A DNA stretch of 64,000 nucleotides from contig OZ281497.1 in the NCBI GenBank assembly GCA_965637545.1, positions 25,110,001 through 25,174,000 of the forward strand, written 5' to 3'. Positions 10,801-23,287 of this stretch are shown piece after piece. Each line of letters starts with the position of its first letter. Positions within the stretch are counted from its first letter, which is position 1. The translations under genes and the position numbers were made by a program. The DNA comes from Phallusia mammillata (taxonomy: Eukaryota). The notes under the pieces are model-generated. The model made no database searches, was not told the DNA's origin, and saw only the letters and a list, made by a program, of their open reading frames with translations.

Positions 10801-13800
10801 GCATTTTTTGCAGGGTGATGCAAAACCGAAGAAACAAGTGAAGGTCGAACCTGAAGAAGATGATGAGGACGAGTAAGAAATCTTCTAGTTTTTTTTTAAC
10901 AAATGTTAAAACAAAAATTCAGATAAAGGGAATACATTCAAACTGGGATCAGCTGTAAAGCATCTATGCCAGTGGTTCTCAAACTAATATCGATCACGTA
11001 CACAATCGTCTGACAACTTTTTCTATCGCTGCATACCACTAAACCCTGTTTGAATGGATAGACCAAGAAATAGGTCCCTTTCTCAACCTGGCTAGCATAT
11101 TTAGCAATTTCAAAGAATGTCCAAAATAAGAGTTTCGCCCAAACCAGAACTGATCAGTTGGGTCAGTTGAACTGCAATTTTAGATCTGACTTAAATTAAG
11201 TGTAGCAGAAAACTGCTTGCGTACCACAAAAAAAGTTCCAGCGGTTTGAGAACCACTGATCGATGCAGACCAGCAATCATGACATACTCATATATAATAT
11301 ATAAGCATTTCCATATGGCAAGGCACAGAAACATCTAGTTGTATTTCCTGGACCCAAAGTTGTCCCATTGCAGGCTAGATTTTTAGTCTGTGGTAATTTG
11401 CAGCATACGAGGTAGGCACCGGTGTTGTGATTTGACTTCGGCAGGTTCACCACTGAGCCTTTGTAGCTCAGTTGATAATGTGCTAGTCCAGGAAAGACTC
11501 CTGTCAGGGTTTGGAATCCCACCGCAGGCTAGATTTCTCCAGTCTGCGTCTTACCATATGGGATTGCTTGAGAGACTGGCTTGATTCGTTATAAGGCCTT
11601 CAATGGGCCTGGGTTACTATAAATTAAAACCTCAATGTTTTGGAGGGGCATTAAGTTAGGTGTTAAAGCAGTGGTTCCCAAACTATGCGCCGTGGCACAC
11701 TTGTGTGCCGCGAGATGTCATTAGGTGTGCCGCAAAAAATATTGAAATTAAAATCAATCAAGTAGAGTAGTAGTACCAGGTGCTTAGACCACTAGGCCAA
11801 CATGCTCCACGTCTCTGAGATGTTCAACTAGGCTATTTAACTATGAGAGTGACATGTATAGCGGCTTTATGACCTCATAGTTAGTGCCTTTGTCAGCTGA
11901 AAAAATTATTCAAATGTTCGAGGTGCGCCAATTAATTTTTGTTTTTTTCTAAAATGCGCCTTAAAAGAAAAAAGTTTGGGAACCACTGTGTTAAAGTGTT
12001 AACTTGGACAAACTGGAAAAAATGTTGATCAAAAGTTTTTATTGCATTTCTATATACTCGATAAACAATATTCCTACATACATAGGAACAATATACACAC
12101 TTAAAAACGAATTTAATCGAAAACAGAACTGCCTGAGAGCAGGTAATTTATATACTTCTTAGGGCACCAGTTTCAACGATCTCTGTTGTCATCAAATTAC
12201 TGTTCTATATCCCAAGTTCTCTTGCAGTTATGTTTTTATTTAAATAAACATACGCATATTTTGCAAACGATTCAATAAGGAAGTTAAACTAAACACTGAC
12301 CAAACAGTTTCTACAGAACACTAACACAAGGTTAACGTCGGAGCTGCAACAACATTTAAATACACTTGTATTGTTTTGTATATGGTAACTTTTGTAAATT
12401 TCTAGTCTTGACGATGAGGACATCGATGATGAAGATGATGATGAAAGCATGGAAGAAGATGTTCCAGAAGTAAAAGTTGAAGCAAAGAAAACCCCAAACA
12501 AGGTACAAGCAGCTCTCATGTTTGTTACACATAGTGGATCCCTTTTTTTATTCAGATGTAGTCCAGGCTCTAGTGACAGTTTACCGTGTTAAGAAACTGT
12601 AATTTTTAGGATAACGATTCACATCTCAGAAGAGATATTGTAAAAAACAATTAAAAAAACAAATTTAATAAATAAACAGTCTAATGAAATTTGACAATAT
12701 GTACACATTTAATAGCACAAAAAAAGTTATGGCCAATGCACTTTCAAACAAACTTAATGATCTTTGCATTTTACAATTCATTGAAAATTCAAAACATACA
12801 TTTTAGATATTTAAAACTTAAATTTTCCAGAACAAAGACCTGCTAAAACCTTTTATGTGACCCCAATTAGTACTTAAACTGTTGTAAGATGAATATAAAT
12901 TCAATACTAAGATCAGCCCAGAAGTGTGTATGCAACTCGTGATAACAAGGCACTCGTACAGTGGCGTATCCAGGGAGGGGGGGTCTGGACGATTTGATCA
13001 CCTGACAGTCACGCTTATTTTGCAGCTGCAGTTTTGTTGAGTAAGCTAGATATCAGCGGCGAAATCAGAAAACTACAAAGCTTTCGCTAAAATTAACTGT
13101 TCTTCCTGTCAATTGGACGGGTAGAGAACTGCCAAAGTCGAAAGTTAGGCCGGGTTTAGGTCTTGTACTTACAATTTTGGAAAAAGTGCTTTGCTACTTA
13201 ACGTGTCGTTTTGAACCAGAAAACGAAATAGGCAATGGAACAATTTAGTGGCAGTTTGACGTGTGAATTAGGTATTCAGTCTGCGGTCTAGGACATTTGT
13301 GTGGCAAATTTTCCGAAAATTTGCCAGATCTAATGATGTCATTAGGGAAATTCCCCGAAAAAATGTTGGGCCCCCCAAAAAAATTTCTGGATACGCCCCT
13401 GCACTCGTACATAAATCCTAGTACGACAGATCTATTAAAGGCATCATACCGAATTCACCAAGCATTCCCACAGATGGCAAGGTGTAAGCGCAGCCAAAGA
13501 TGTTCAAGCATTCTAGTCCACACACCAGTATTAACCCTTAACGTTTTCTGACACGCAGAAGCGTAAATTGACCAATGGACAAGCTGGTGATGAGAACAAG
13601 AAACCCGATAACACACCTTCGCAAAAAAAGAAGAAAAACAGTGAATCCACTCCCACAACACCACTGCAGCAAAAAGAAAATAAAACGCCACAGGTTCGTG
13701 AAAAAAAAACATCCAATGTAAACCACTTAAGTTAAGCAGAATTTGTCTTTTCCAAGCATAGTTACAAAAGATGTATTTACATGATTCAAAGGAATTTCTT

Positions 13801-16800
13801 TTTTCTTTGTCAAATACATGAACAGCAGTGTCTTTGTCAAATACAACTTATTTCCTTGGGGAAAAGTAATTCGTTGTTTGAAAATTGACCAAATTTTGTA
13901 TGTTAGGAACTTATGTGCCATTACATTATGTAACTTTTTTGACCTTTTATTGTGGTGACTTGTCATTCAAAATATTTAAATCTCACTCTGTCTGTTTCAG
14001 CCACCATTTGCGGGCTTTGGTTTCACAACCCCCTGAGTACAAATCTCAATCAGTTTTTTGTACTCAAGCCGAATGGTCCAGGGCTCTTGATCAAGCCTTG
14101 GTGACAATGTTTTTAAAATACCCGATCCGCTAGGTGGGGCAATTAAGTCAAGCGTATGCGCCTTGCACTCAAATAAATGAAAACGCGCTTTCTGCGCAAG
14201 TTCGAATCGCGCACGTCTGCTGTCGACATTTACCATTGTTAGTCAACTTCTTGAGGCGGCGGAATTTCGAGTGTCATTTTCCTTCTGCTGTCAACTCATG
14301 TGATTTATGATGATGATACGTTTGTTTATGTAATTGACTGGATTTAGAATTTTTTTTTGAAAACAAGTTCGACTTTAATAAATTTTTACAGGCATGGTAG
14401 TTTGCACAATATTTTGTCAAAAAAAACCTTTTTTGTCGGAAAAAAAATCTCGACGAACAAATCAGTAGATTTTGAAGTGTGTAGTCTGGGGTTGTGAAGT
14501 ATGCCGCGAAATTTTCTTTCATATGATGCGACTCATTTTTGTATTAGGGCCTATGTACGAAACGACGATAATATAGCCTCATTTTTACATTATTGTAGCT
14601 AAAAAGAAAACTCATTCTTCAAAATAAATCTGCAAATTGATGTCTTCAAACTACGTTTGCGTTTTTAACCAACTGTACCGCAAAAAAGTAACGTTCAACC
14701 AAAAAACAAAAACTTTTCAGTTTATAACAGAAAATCATAAAAATATCACGTATTTCAACGTATCAGAAGGGATTTAGAAAGTAAGTTGTTGTGCACAAAA
14801 CAATATTTTGTTACATTATTGCATGCTCAGTTACTTGCTTATTATGCAATCAATGCATTTTAAGTAAAATTCCTAAAAACGTTTAGCCTCGTGCCAGACT
14901 GTCTGTTGAAAATATGATAATTCCATTATAATAGTGTCGTCCCGACGCTAAACAACCGCTGCTCGGGTTATTTCTGTCTCTAGGGAGAAAAATATTCAAT
15001 TAATTTTAGCGCATGCGTTTTGTAAGTGGCCAAATTAATTGTGTAAAGCATTTATTGGTTAATTTAAAGCAACCATTTATTTAAATTTTAAGAAATTTGT
15101 TTTTGAAAATTTGTAATTTGTAGTTTTTGGATTATTTGAGACAGGGTTTTCCATGTTTTTTACCACAAACATGGGTGCGACTTGCACGTCAGACCTCTTT
15201 TGACATTTTAAAGTGGAGTGTTTTAAATAAAAATTGGTTGTGAGTTGTGACGTAACAAGGAAAAATATCCTTTTATTTTGTCTTAAAACAGCGTTTTAGT
15301 CCAATCACTCTGGTTTGCATTTGTAGGTGTTTGAAGAAATTTTATAAAAAGTTGAAAACCTCGATTCACCTCAAACGCCTTATTCGGAACTTGGGTCGAA
15401 ACGAGAAGTCTTCCCAGTGTTTGACCCCTGCGTGACCCAGCGGTTCACCTACATGGCCTAAAAGCATGTTACCTCAAAAACAGATGTAATTGCGAAAGTA
15501 CATGGTCAATGAGTTTTATACTTTGTTCATTTGTTACATTGCAAAGAGTTGAAAACATTTCAAAATATTATCTAAAATCCGCGCCTGAACTCCATCTAGT
15601 AACAGTCTCACAGACAGACATGCCGTCGAAAACCACGTTGCCCCCTTTCAACAATGCGCCCGACTTAACTAAAGTCTTAAGCCTCCTTCGCTCTGTCCCC
15701 GCGAATGCATTGACGCAAATTGACGCCTCTCGCCATTGTTATTTGGAAAGCCATTCGAATCTGGACAAGTACACTCCCACGCCACAAAACTGCTTGTCAT
15801 CTCATTACGACTGTCGTCTATGCCGCCCATTTTGTGTGGTAAAATCGTAGTTTTCCGACCCCCTTGCTTAATTAATGACAGTTTTGCGGCTCATTTGCGT
15901 TGCGGTTTTGCTACCGCGCTCTGATTTGTAACAAGCACTGCTGTCAAAGCGTAGAAGCCTCGCATTGTAGTATGGCGTGATTTTATATTTCAACGAACTT
16001 TATGCTGAAATTTCGCGTGAAACAACCATGTTAAAAACGCGCTATGGGGAAGTGAAATTACGTTGCGTAAACATTGTCATAATGTGCCACAGAAAATATA
16101 ATTTCTGCCACACATTTACAAAGGCGTTAAGCATCATTTTTTTTTAAAAAGAAAACAATCGCGTTTAACTTCTTGTCTAATTAAATAAAGTTGTCGAATA
16201 GAACCCAGACCTCTTGCATATGATTCCATGTTTGTAGTTAATAGAAAATACGGAATGCTTTTTAAAGTCATTTGTGGTTACATTATTTCAAACGTGTAGG
16301 ACTGTTGTGGTTAAACATTTACTTGTTTTATGCTAAAACGAAAAAAATCCTCGTTGAAAAACTTGTAGATTCTAGTTAAATTGTTTCTGGAATGATAGAC
16401 ACAGACTGTGCTTTTATTGCAAAATATATTATTAAAAAAGCAAACATAATTTAACCTGTAAATAAACGTTTCCAAACTTTCAAAACACCAATGTACAATT
16501 TTTCAGTGACAAACTCCAGAACAGGTCTTATTTTATAACAACCATTTACCACCTATCTTTTCGGACCCCAATCCTTTCCCATCAAAAATTTTATCTCACC
16601 CCTGTACACAACTCAATGTCCCAGTGATCTTTACTCCCGGAAGTTTCTAGTGTTTACTCTTACCCTCCAACGGAATATTGGGTCTTGAAAGCAGTCCCAG
16701 AGTGTAGCTTAGGCTCGCCGGCCCCAACCCCTGAAGCCTTTCGTCTTTGCTACAGCCATTCTGCTCGGAACAAAGCGAAAAGCCTGCTCAAACACTTGAC

Positions 16801-18826
16801 TTTACGTGGTTAACGCGCTCTTATTGTTTCTTCACAATGCCAGGCCGCTTAACTTCGCTACTTGTTGCTCGTATTTAATTGGGATCAGTGGTCTTGGTCG
16901 ATTCCATGTAAAGTTACAAGTCTCTGTGATATCGTCGATTCGGTCACGTATCTCTCTTTTACCGTAGTCGGCGCTTGGTTCTTGCTTAGGCGTTTGTTGC
17001 AAACAATTTGATTTTGACGCTTTGCCAACTTTGCAATCATGCCTTAGGGTTAACAAGCGTCCTGGATTTTGCAGACATATCCGCAATTCTGGCTTTGAAT
17101 TAATAATTTTTAAAAATACTCTTTAACGTCCGGAATTTTAGCGTCATGTAGCGTATAACCTTCAGTAGTTCTCACAATTATATTCTTGTGGTACTCAAAG
17201 GTTTACGTTTCACCTATTGTATGTGCTGATTTTGATGTATGACCAACATTCATGCAAAACAACTTAAAATTAAACACTATTTACTGATTTTGGCGCGTTA
17301 AAAGCTGACGATACTCTGTTAAAAGGACCGGATCCTGTGACAACTTTTTGTTTTGTAACTTATTTTCAAACAAACCTGCGCTTTTTATATCCGTGATAGT
17401 AATGCCATTTTATGTCAAAAATGGGACTGTTCTGGTTGGTAACATGCAACCACATGTGATGTAACGCATGTTTGGTGGTGCCCCAGATATATTTATTTAA
17501 ACCGGCCGGAATTTTAATCACTCAGATATGGTAGCCCTATCATAGTTTTCTAACCCCGACCAGCTAATTCTTTAGGTCGTGTGATTTTTTTTATAAAATG
17601 ATAAAATACTTTTGTCTTGTAAAAAAAAACGAAAAAAATGTCGATTAAATACAAAATATTGTTTAACTTGGGTTCAAAAAGTAGCCTCTTAGTGTTGATC
17701 AAAAATATTGCTTTTTTAATTTGTTTTATCTTTAAAATGGGAAATTATATTATTATGTGTTAGCCGGGTAAAAGTGACACTAACTTGACTTTTGTGTTTG
17801 GGTAAAAAACAACGCACCAAGTTGGTAATGGTTTTTAGTCGTAGCAACAAACCCCTAAAAAAACTCTCAGAATTCGAGTCTTGTCAGCAGTCAATTTGTT
17901 TGAACCAAAACTTTTGGTAACTTTTTAGCAAAATGCATTTCGTCTGAAATTAGGCCTTTTATGGTTGGTAAGGTTCATTTTGAAATTATGCAACCCTAGA
18001 CGATAAAACTGTCCGGATTATGCGAAGATCCGGATTAACCAATGTCGATTAGTTAAAGCCTTACCACATTACAAATCATTTGTACCTAGAATTTTGTCCA
18101 AATTAGGCGAATGTCCGGATTAACCTAGGTTTACTGTATTTGCATTTGCTGTGACAGGTCCATTTTATATCATTGTTTCTGTTTCAGAGCGGCAAGAAAA
18201 CACCTGGCAAAGTTTACGAATCCGTTGACGAAGTAAAAGCTGCTATCAAAAAGGTAACCCGCGTTTATTTGTGACAACTTGTGGTAGTTCGCAGCTCTTC
18301 TGTAGTTTTTGCCGCATGATCAAAATTGTATGCTGCGTAATTGAGTTCAGTATATGACATCATTGTGACGTAACAATATGTTTCCAGTATCCCGGCGGCA
18401 AGCCACGCAAGGAAGACAAATTCTGCAACTGGGTGAAATCAGCGTTTAAAGTCAAGAACGATGAGGTACGATTTTTCATTGTCCCTTTTTTATCAGCCTT
18501 TGTAGTTGGTAATGCTGACATTTTGTGTAAAACAATTTTGCTATAATTTTTTTTATGCAGTATAAATTATTGTTGAGTTTTTCGTTTTAGCAAGGGATTT
18601 TAAGCATTAATTTTTGCTGTCGTTGCTGCTTTAAAGTTTGTTCCAAAAATTGCCCTATTTGTCCTACGTTTGTACTTGTTTGCTGCAAATTGTGTTCATA
18701 ACTTTCTGTTGAGTCTGTTTGGCAAGGTCAAAACTTAATCAAATTTCTAATAAGTTACATGTTGTTTTTGCTTTGCAGTGGATCAAAGAATTGTGGAAAG
18801 CACACAAGAAGGACCTCGGCATCTAA
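7829..18826 (+). CDS. NPM1: Nucleophosmin/nucleoplasmin family protein (NPM1-like), 11 coding exons, ~326 aa
   Basis: Exons 7829-7865, 8062-8144, 9306-9483, 9626-9667, 10286-10443, 10814-10872, 12406-12502, 13559-13693, 18188-18253, 18388-18465, 18779-18826; 981 nt, open. It has a nucleoplasmin core (FLWCAKL...LVLKRACLGKGAKDGERNLVEV...VSLGDLTIFPPAIFKLVEGSGPIHLVGNH), acidic tracts, a basic NLS/TP region and an NPM1-C-like end (SVDEVKAAIKK.PGGKPRKEDKFCNWVKSAF...IKELWK). The symbol reflects similarity; it is probably a pro-ortholog of NPM1/2/3. Confidence 0.9.
8405..8898. mobile_element. hAT MITE in NPM intron 2
   Basis: TIRs CAGGGGTGGCCA / TGGCCAACCCTG; TSD gcataagc/ggataagc. Confidence 0.8.
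10026..10260. mobile_element. hAT (TAGGGATGGGC-type) MITE in NPM intron 4
   Basis: TIRs TAGGGAATGGGCC / GGCCCATCCCTG; internal inverted repeat gctcggtgctcgg/ccgagcaccgagc; TSD atgtcgag/atgccaag. Confidence 0.7.
10970..11258. mobile_element. hAT MITE in NPM intron 6
   Basis: TIRs CAGTGGTTCTCAAAC / GTTTGAGAACCACTG; TSD atctatgc/atcgatgc. Confidence 0.85.
11451..11620 (+). mobile_element. tRNA-derived SINE, copy 1 (degenerate)
   Basis: tRNA-like head (tgtagctcagttg...gggtttggaatccc) plus a body collinear with 55302-55475. Confidence 0.7.
11669..11988. mobile_element. hAT MITE family B, copy 1
   Basis: TIRs CAGTGGTTCCCAAACT / AGTTTGGGAACCACTG; perfect TSD tgttaaag. It is near-identical (inverted) to 47655-47972. 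Confidence 0.92.
12959..13401. mobile_element. hAT MITE in NPM intron 7
   Basis: TIRs CAGTGGCGTATCCAG / CTGGATACGCCCCTG; perfect TSD cactcgta. Confidence 0.9.
14001..14036 (+). CDS. Candidate alternative terminal exon of NPM (PPFAGFGFTTP*)
   Basis: Strong acceptor (tctcactctgtctgtttcag, AG 13999-14000) in phase 0, matching the exon-8 donor. It gives 11 codons then TGA, with AATAAA at 14172-14177. Confidence 0.4.
   Translation, partial: PPFAGFGFTTP
17045..17539. mobile_element. hAT-type (TAGGG-ended) non-autonomous element in NPM intron 8
   Basis: Ends TAGGGTTAACAA / ATGGTAGCCCTA; homologous to 1245-1911. Confidence 0.65.
17995..18138. mobile_element. Tc1/mariner-pogo (Tigger-like) MITE fragment
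   Basis: Ends in GGTTTACTG+TA and has repeated TCCGGATTAACC subterminal units. Only one end is recognisable. Confidence 0.4.
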
Positions 18827-19031
18827 GCTCAAATCTTGCGGCAGTTTTCATTCTTTTCAAACCCTGGCACTGCCCTTCAGTTCGACATTGTGTTGAATAT
18901 GTGATCACGTTCTTATTCAATTTTACACTTGTTGTACAGTTGCACTGTTTTCAATTTTCAACCTGTCGGATGCGTTCTCACGTGACTTCACGCGTGTGCA
19001 GCCAACCGTGAAGCGCGGTGACGGTTTTGTG

Positions 19032-19037
19032 AATAAA
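19032..19037 (+). terminator. Probable polyadenylation signal of NPM
   Basis: AATAAA about 205 nt after the stop codon at 18826. Confidence 0.45.
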
Positions 19038-19125
19038 CGAATGCGGTGTCTGGACATCATGGACCGTTGTGATTTAATGTGTCCATTACTTAAAATCCGG
19101 GTCATTTTACCAGGTCTGCTGTTAC

Positions 19126-19302
19126 TAGTGGTGGGATTCAGCCGGTTCGCACCGGTTCTATAGAACCGTCTCACGAAATTTTATGAGATCAGCCAACCGG
19201 ATAGCATTACTGGTTACTGTCAATAGTAACAGAACCAGTATCGGCTGAAAAACATGACTTTTGTGGTAGAACCGGCTGACAAAAAATTGAATCCCACCAC
19301 TG
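19126..19302. mobile_element. hAT MITE family A, copy 2 (inverted relative to copy 1)
   Basis: TIRs TAGTGGTGGGATTCA / TGAATCCCACCACTG; TSD gctgttac/gctgtcgc. It shares ggttctatagaacc and tcacgaaattttatgag with copy 1. Confidence 0.85.
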
Positions 19303-22300
19303 GCTGTCGCTTGTTTTGTTTTACCTTCTGGTGTTGGACGGTGTACTTTGGGGCTCTTTGCATCATACCGTACCATTTGTCATCCTAGTTTCTCCAATCT
19401 GGTTTTGTCTAGTGTTCGAGTATGGGTCCAGAAAATTACTCGCACTAACACATGTTTTTCCTCTTCAGGGCCCTGGAGTCACTTCCCGACTCTCTACCTA
19501 GATTGTAGGTCCTAGAATCACGGATTTGGTGTTTCAGAATTATAAGAGGGCTGAAGTCGGGACTTTTTTGTTAAATACAGCACATTTAGCCCTAAATTTA
19601 CAGAAATTACTTCACGAATGATGCAAGTATCAAGTCTGTCTGGAATCAATCCAGGCCTGATTTTACGTCTGTGGTGATCGAGTTTTTCTAGTGATTTTTG
19701 GCACACTAAACACCGCTGAAGACAAATATGCTTAAAATGAGGACGAATCGACTTACAATGAGCCCACATACAAAATAATGCAAAATTTTAAGATCCCTCG
19801 GTTGATTTCTGTCAGGTTTTCTAAAGTAGGCTATATATAGGTTTGTGATCGTTGATATGAAGAACAGTTAATTCACATGTGTTGAAAAGCTATACGCAAA
19901 TTTGTCCTGAGAACTAAAAAAAAACGCGGTCTACTAAAATGGTCCCAGGGACAAACTGTATCAGACAAGGCAAACGAAAGTTTCGGAGACGCGCCTGATA
20001 CGTCACTGGGATTGATTACATCACAATAGGAATTGTTAACATCCCTGGTATGTGTGAAATGCCTGGGTTGGGCCGTCCTTGCTTGCTTCGACATAGGCAT
20101 TGTGTGCAAACAATTGTTTGTTGTTTCATTCGATAGCTTTGTTTGTTAAAACTAAACACTGTATAGGCTACATTTGTTTTAACAGTTGCTTACAGGGGTC
20201 ATTTTTTTATGACAAGGACTTTATCTTGCATTGGGCATTGTTTTGTTTTGCTCTATTACTTTTCAACGTACGTTTGCTTTTGGTCAAGAATGGTTCGAAC
20301 CCCTTTTAAAATTTCGCATGTGGCACAGATATCAGAAATTGTTTATCGTAACCTTTGACCTACAGAGGTCTCCTAAACACAAACTGGTTACATTTACTAA
20401 CAGCCTAATGTTTCTTTTAGAAGTTTTATATGTGGTTGCCTGGTAGGTTTCATATCACATTGCATTTAAAAACGACGATTTTGTGCGAAATTAAGTGTCA
20501 AACAAATGACAATACGAACGTTTTAAGCTTTTTCACTTCTTTCAAATTTTTTTAGGTTAAATTGTATCACGGTGACAAAACGTCGTTTAACAACTATTAA
20601 CGCGTCTAAAATTGGGAAGAGTTTTACACAACGTAGTGTTGGCACACCCAAACCACCCCATCCTTAAACAAGAGTTGGGTAAAGTACAACATTTACTCCA
20701 CGCAAACCTGACGTAATCTACGTAATTATCCTTCAGTGACGTCAGCATATAGTAATACGTCCTTTTGCGCAATATGGACACGTGACAGTATTTCTATGGG
20801 TAGTAGGTTACACCAGGCAAATTTCCCATGTCACAGCGCCCCTTTTATCTGACCTCACGTTCCAAACACGCTCACATAATGATTGCATGGTTTTATCTTA
20901 CACGTTGCAACATAAGGTCGCAGAATTATGACAAGTTGTGAAACAAAGTTGCGTCTGAAGCAGTCAACACGCCAAAGGGTATTTATTCTGCTCCCGAAAT
21001 AACTTAGGCGACAAACAATGTTTTCTGATGATGAGAATGCGCAATATTCCATTTGGAAAGATGCTATCATGTCCGTGTAGTAGTCGCCGTTCCGACTGGT
21101 CCTTGGCATGACCATAGGGTCAATACTATCATGCCCTTTGATTTCTCATGGTAAAATTGAAACAACTTTTGCGAGAGGCATTTAAATACTGTTTCCTATG
21201 CACGATAACGGCAATTTGCTGTCAAAGAGTTGTTGGAAGGCATCAGTGTTTGTTGCCCTGTCCGAAGCGTTGTACCTTTTAACAGGGAGTTTTAACAAAA
21301 TGTGCTCAAAAAAGTTATGTGGCACCAGTAAAATAACGTTATTTCTCTGGCTTAATTTAATACCATTGTGTGAAGTCATTTGCAAACATCGCTTTGATAA
21401 TATTTTCAACTTTGGTTAAAAAAAATGGTAAAATATTAGCCCCAAGTTTAACACAATTCGAAAATAGTCCGGTGTTTAGAAAATGCTACTCGGCTTAAAC
21501 GGCTAATCCCTTGTCAAGCATCAGAGCGCACAGCTTTACAACACAACAAACACCTTGCGTCGGTTTTAAAGAGAAGCCGCAACAAACAGCTACAGGCGCG
21601 TTGGAAGACAAAACAGCTTCCAAAGTCCGGATGTAGAAGACAATAGCTGATCACTGATCGAAGCCCATTGTCTTCCGGCAATCGCCATTCCAGCGATTCC
21701 AAATTTGCCAGAAAGCCCACATTGGGCGTGAGGTGCCTGTGGGCCCTCGAACAGTCAAAGGTCGAGAAACCGCAGCTAAATGTAGATCAGGGTGCGCTTG
21801 GAATAGAAATGCGCTGTTTTCGCAGAAATAGTGTATTCCTATGCTTTTGTACTCGGCCTGTGGTCAACAACCACCGTTTGTGGTGAAGTTGTTCATGTCA
21901 GGTTTACTGTCAGCAGTTAGCAATACGTCAGACGTGCTTGTGGTTTTCTTGATGTGCGTTAGAGTGACATTTGCAAGATGAAGAGCGTTTTGTTGGAAGG
22001 CGTTGAGGTGGTTGCCACGAGCTGTTTTGCAAACGCGCATTTGATATTAGCGGCGTGGGTTTGCGTGTGGTTTCAAGTTAAAATAGCTTTGATCTATTTA
22101 GATCCGTACGAGAATAGAATTGCATATGAGTAAACACACTGCGACAAAACTCGTTTGTTAGTTATTTTTATCAGATTACGCCTTTTCGTTAACCTCCAAA
22201 TTGCGTATGTAAGTTATCGCGTTCAACACATTGAATTTTGTGTCTGAAAGGCAAACTTTGCATGTAAAGTTTTGAATTTGTGATAAACCGAAGTTATCAT

Positions 22301-23102
22301 TATTCATCCAACAAAGATTTTTTTACCATGTCTAAAAACAAAGAACATCTTTTGTCAAATGGTTGTTTTAGTTCTTTGGGGTTCAGTATTGCCTAAACAG
22401 GTTTCATATAAAAGAATCAGTTTGCAATCGATATAAACAATATATGATTCAGTTGAGAAAAATGTCTTTCCGTAAGACCTTTGTGTTTTTAAGTTAACGA
22501 TGAATCAAATGAATTAAAGCAACAAAGCGGACGCCTGTACGAAACGCGAATCTTTCCGTGTGAAGATACTTCGGTTTCCGACCTGGAAGGCGCACAACAC
22601 ATCGGCCGTTTGTAATCAGCTTCTTTAGGTAACACAAAAACTACTTGAGCTAACACAATTTGTGGTGCGAGGCAGGTTCTTGCGACTGACGCTTCGAGCC
22701 TTGAGTTTTAAGAGCCGCTGCTTTTTAAATTGACCCACTATTTTCAGAGGCGTGGACAAACAATCTTTCCACTGAGGAATAGTGGGCTTTTATCCCCCCC
22801 ACTTTTAGCACCCCCACACTACGCAACATCGTTGCGATTGCGTAACAGACGATATGTTTGACGTCACCTGTCCTACCGAATTAAATTGCGATCGAAAATT
22901 AAAAGCAATTGAGAGAATTAAAGCGTATGACATGCGCAAATGCAAAAATGGGTAAAAACCAATTTAACAATAACCGTGTTCAACACTGTTTTGTTGCGTT
23001 AGAACAGTGATTCAACCTTCTGCGGTAACGTACCACTCCAAGGTTACGCATCGTCACCACATACCAACTATGCTTGAAAAGAAGTATTTTAATTGTTATT
23101 AA

Positions 23103-23287
23103 CAAGCCCGGAATCTGGTCCAAATTCCTATTTTGTTTTTAAAAAAAGTCGAAATAGGCCCTTCAAGTGATAAAATTGTGGCACAAAAGATACCGAGTTT
23201 AAAGTCAGATCCGAATCAAGACCGTTATATTCAAACTTAAGCCGAAACCTTAACTCGACCCGTCAAGCCCGGTCCTACTTGCAACTT
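23103..23287 (-). repeat. Dispersed repeat family E (GTCGGG/GGTTCGGGCTTAAGTTT-type MITE end)
   Basis: aaacttaagccgaaaccttaactcgacccgtcaagcccggtcctacttgcaact resembles the copies near 60803, 61491, 62558 and 63903. Confidence 0.5.

Noticed and set aside
13530-13558. CCCTTAAC before NPM exon 8, resembling a U12 branch point
   Set aside because: The matching donor is GTACAA, which is U2-type rather than RTATCCT.
14001-14110. Possible H/ACA snoRNA (hairpins tgagtacaaa/tttgtactca and ccagggc/gccttgg, followed by ACA)
   Set aside because: There is no H box between the hairpins and no convincing pseudouridylation pockets. The alternative-exon reading explains the segment better.
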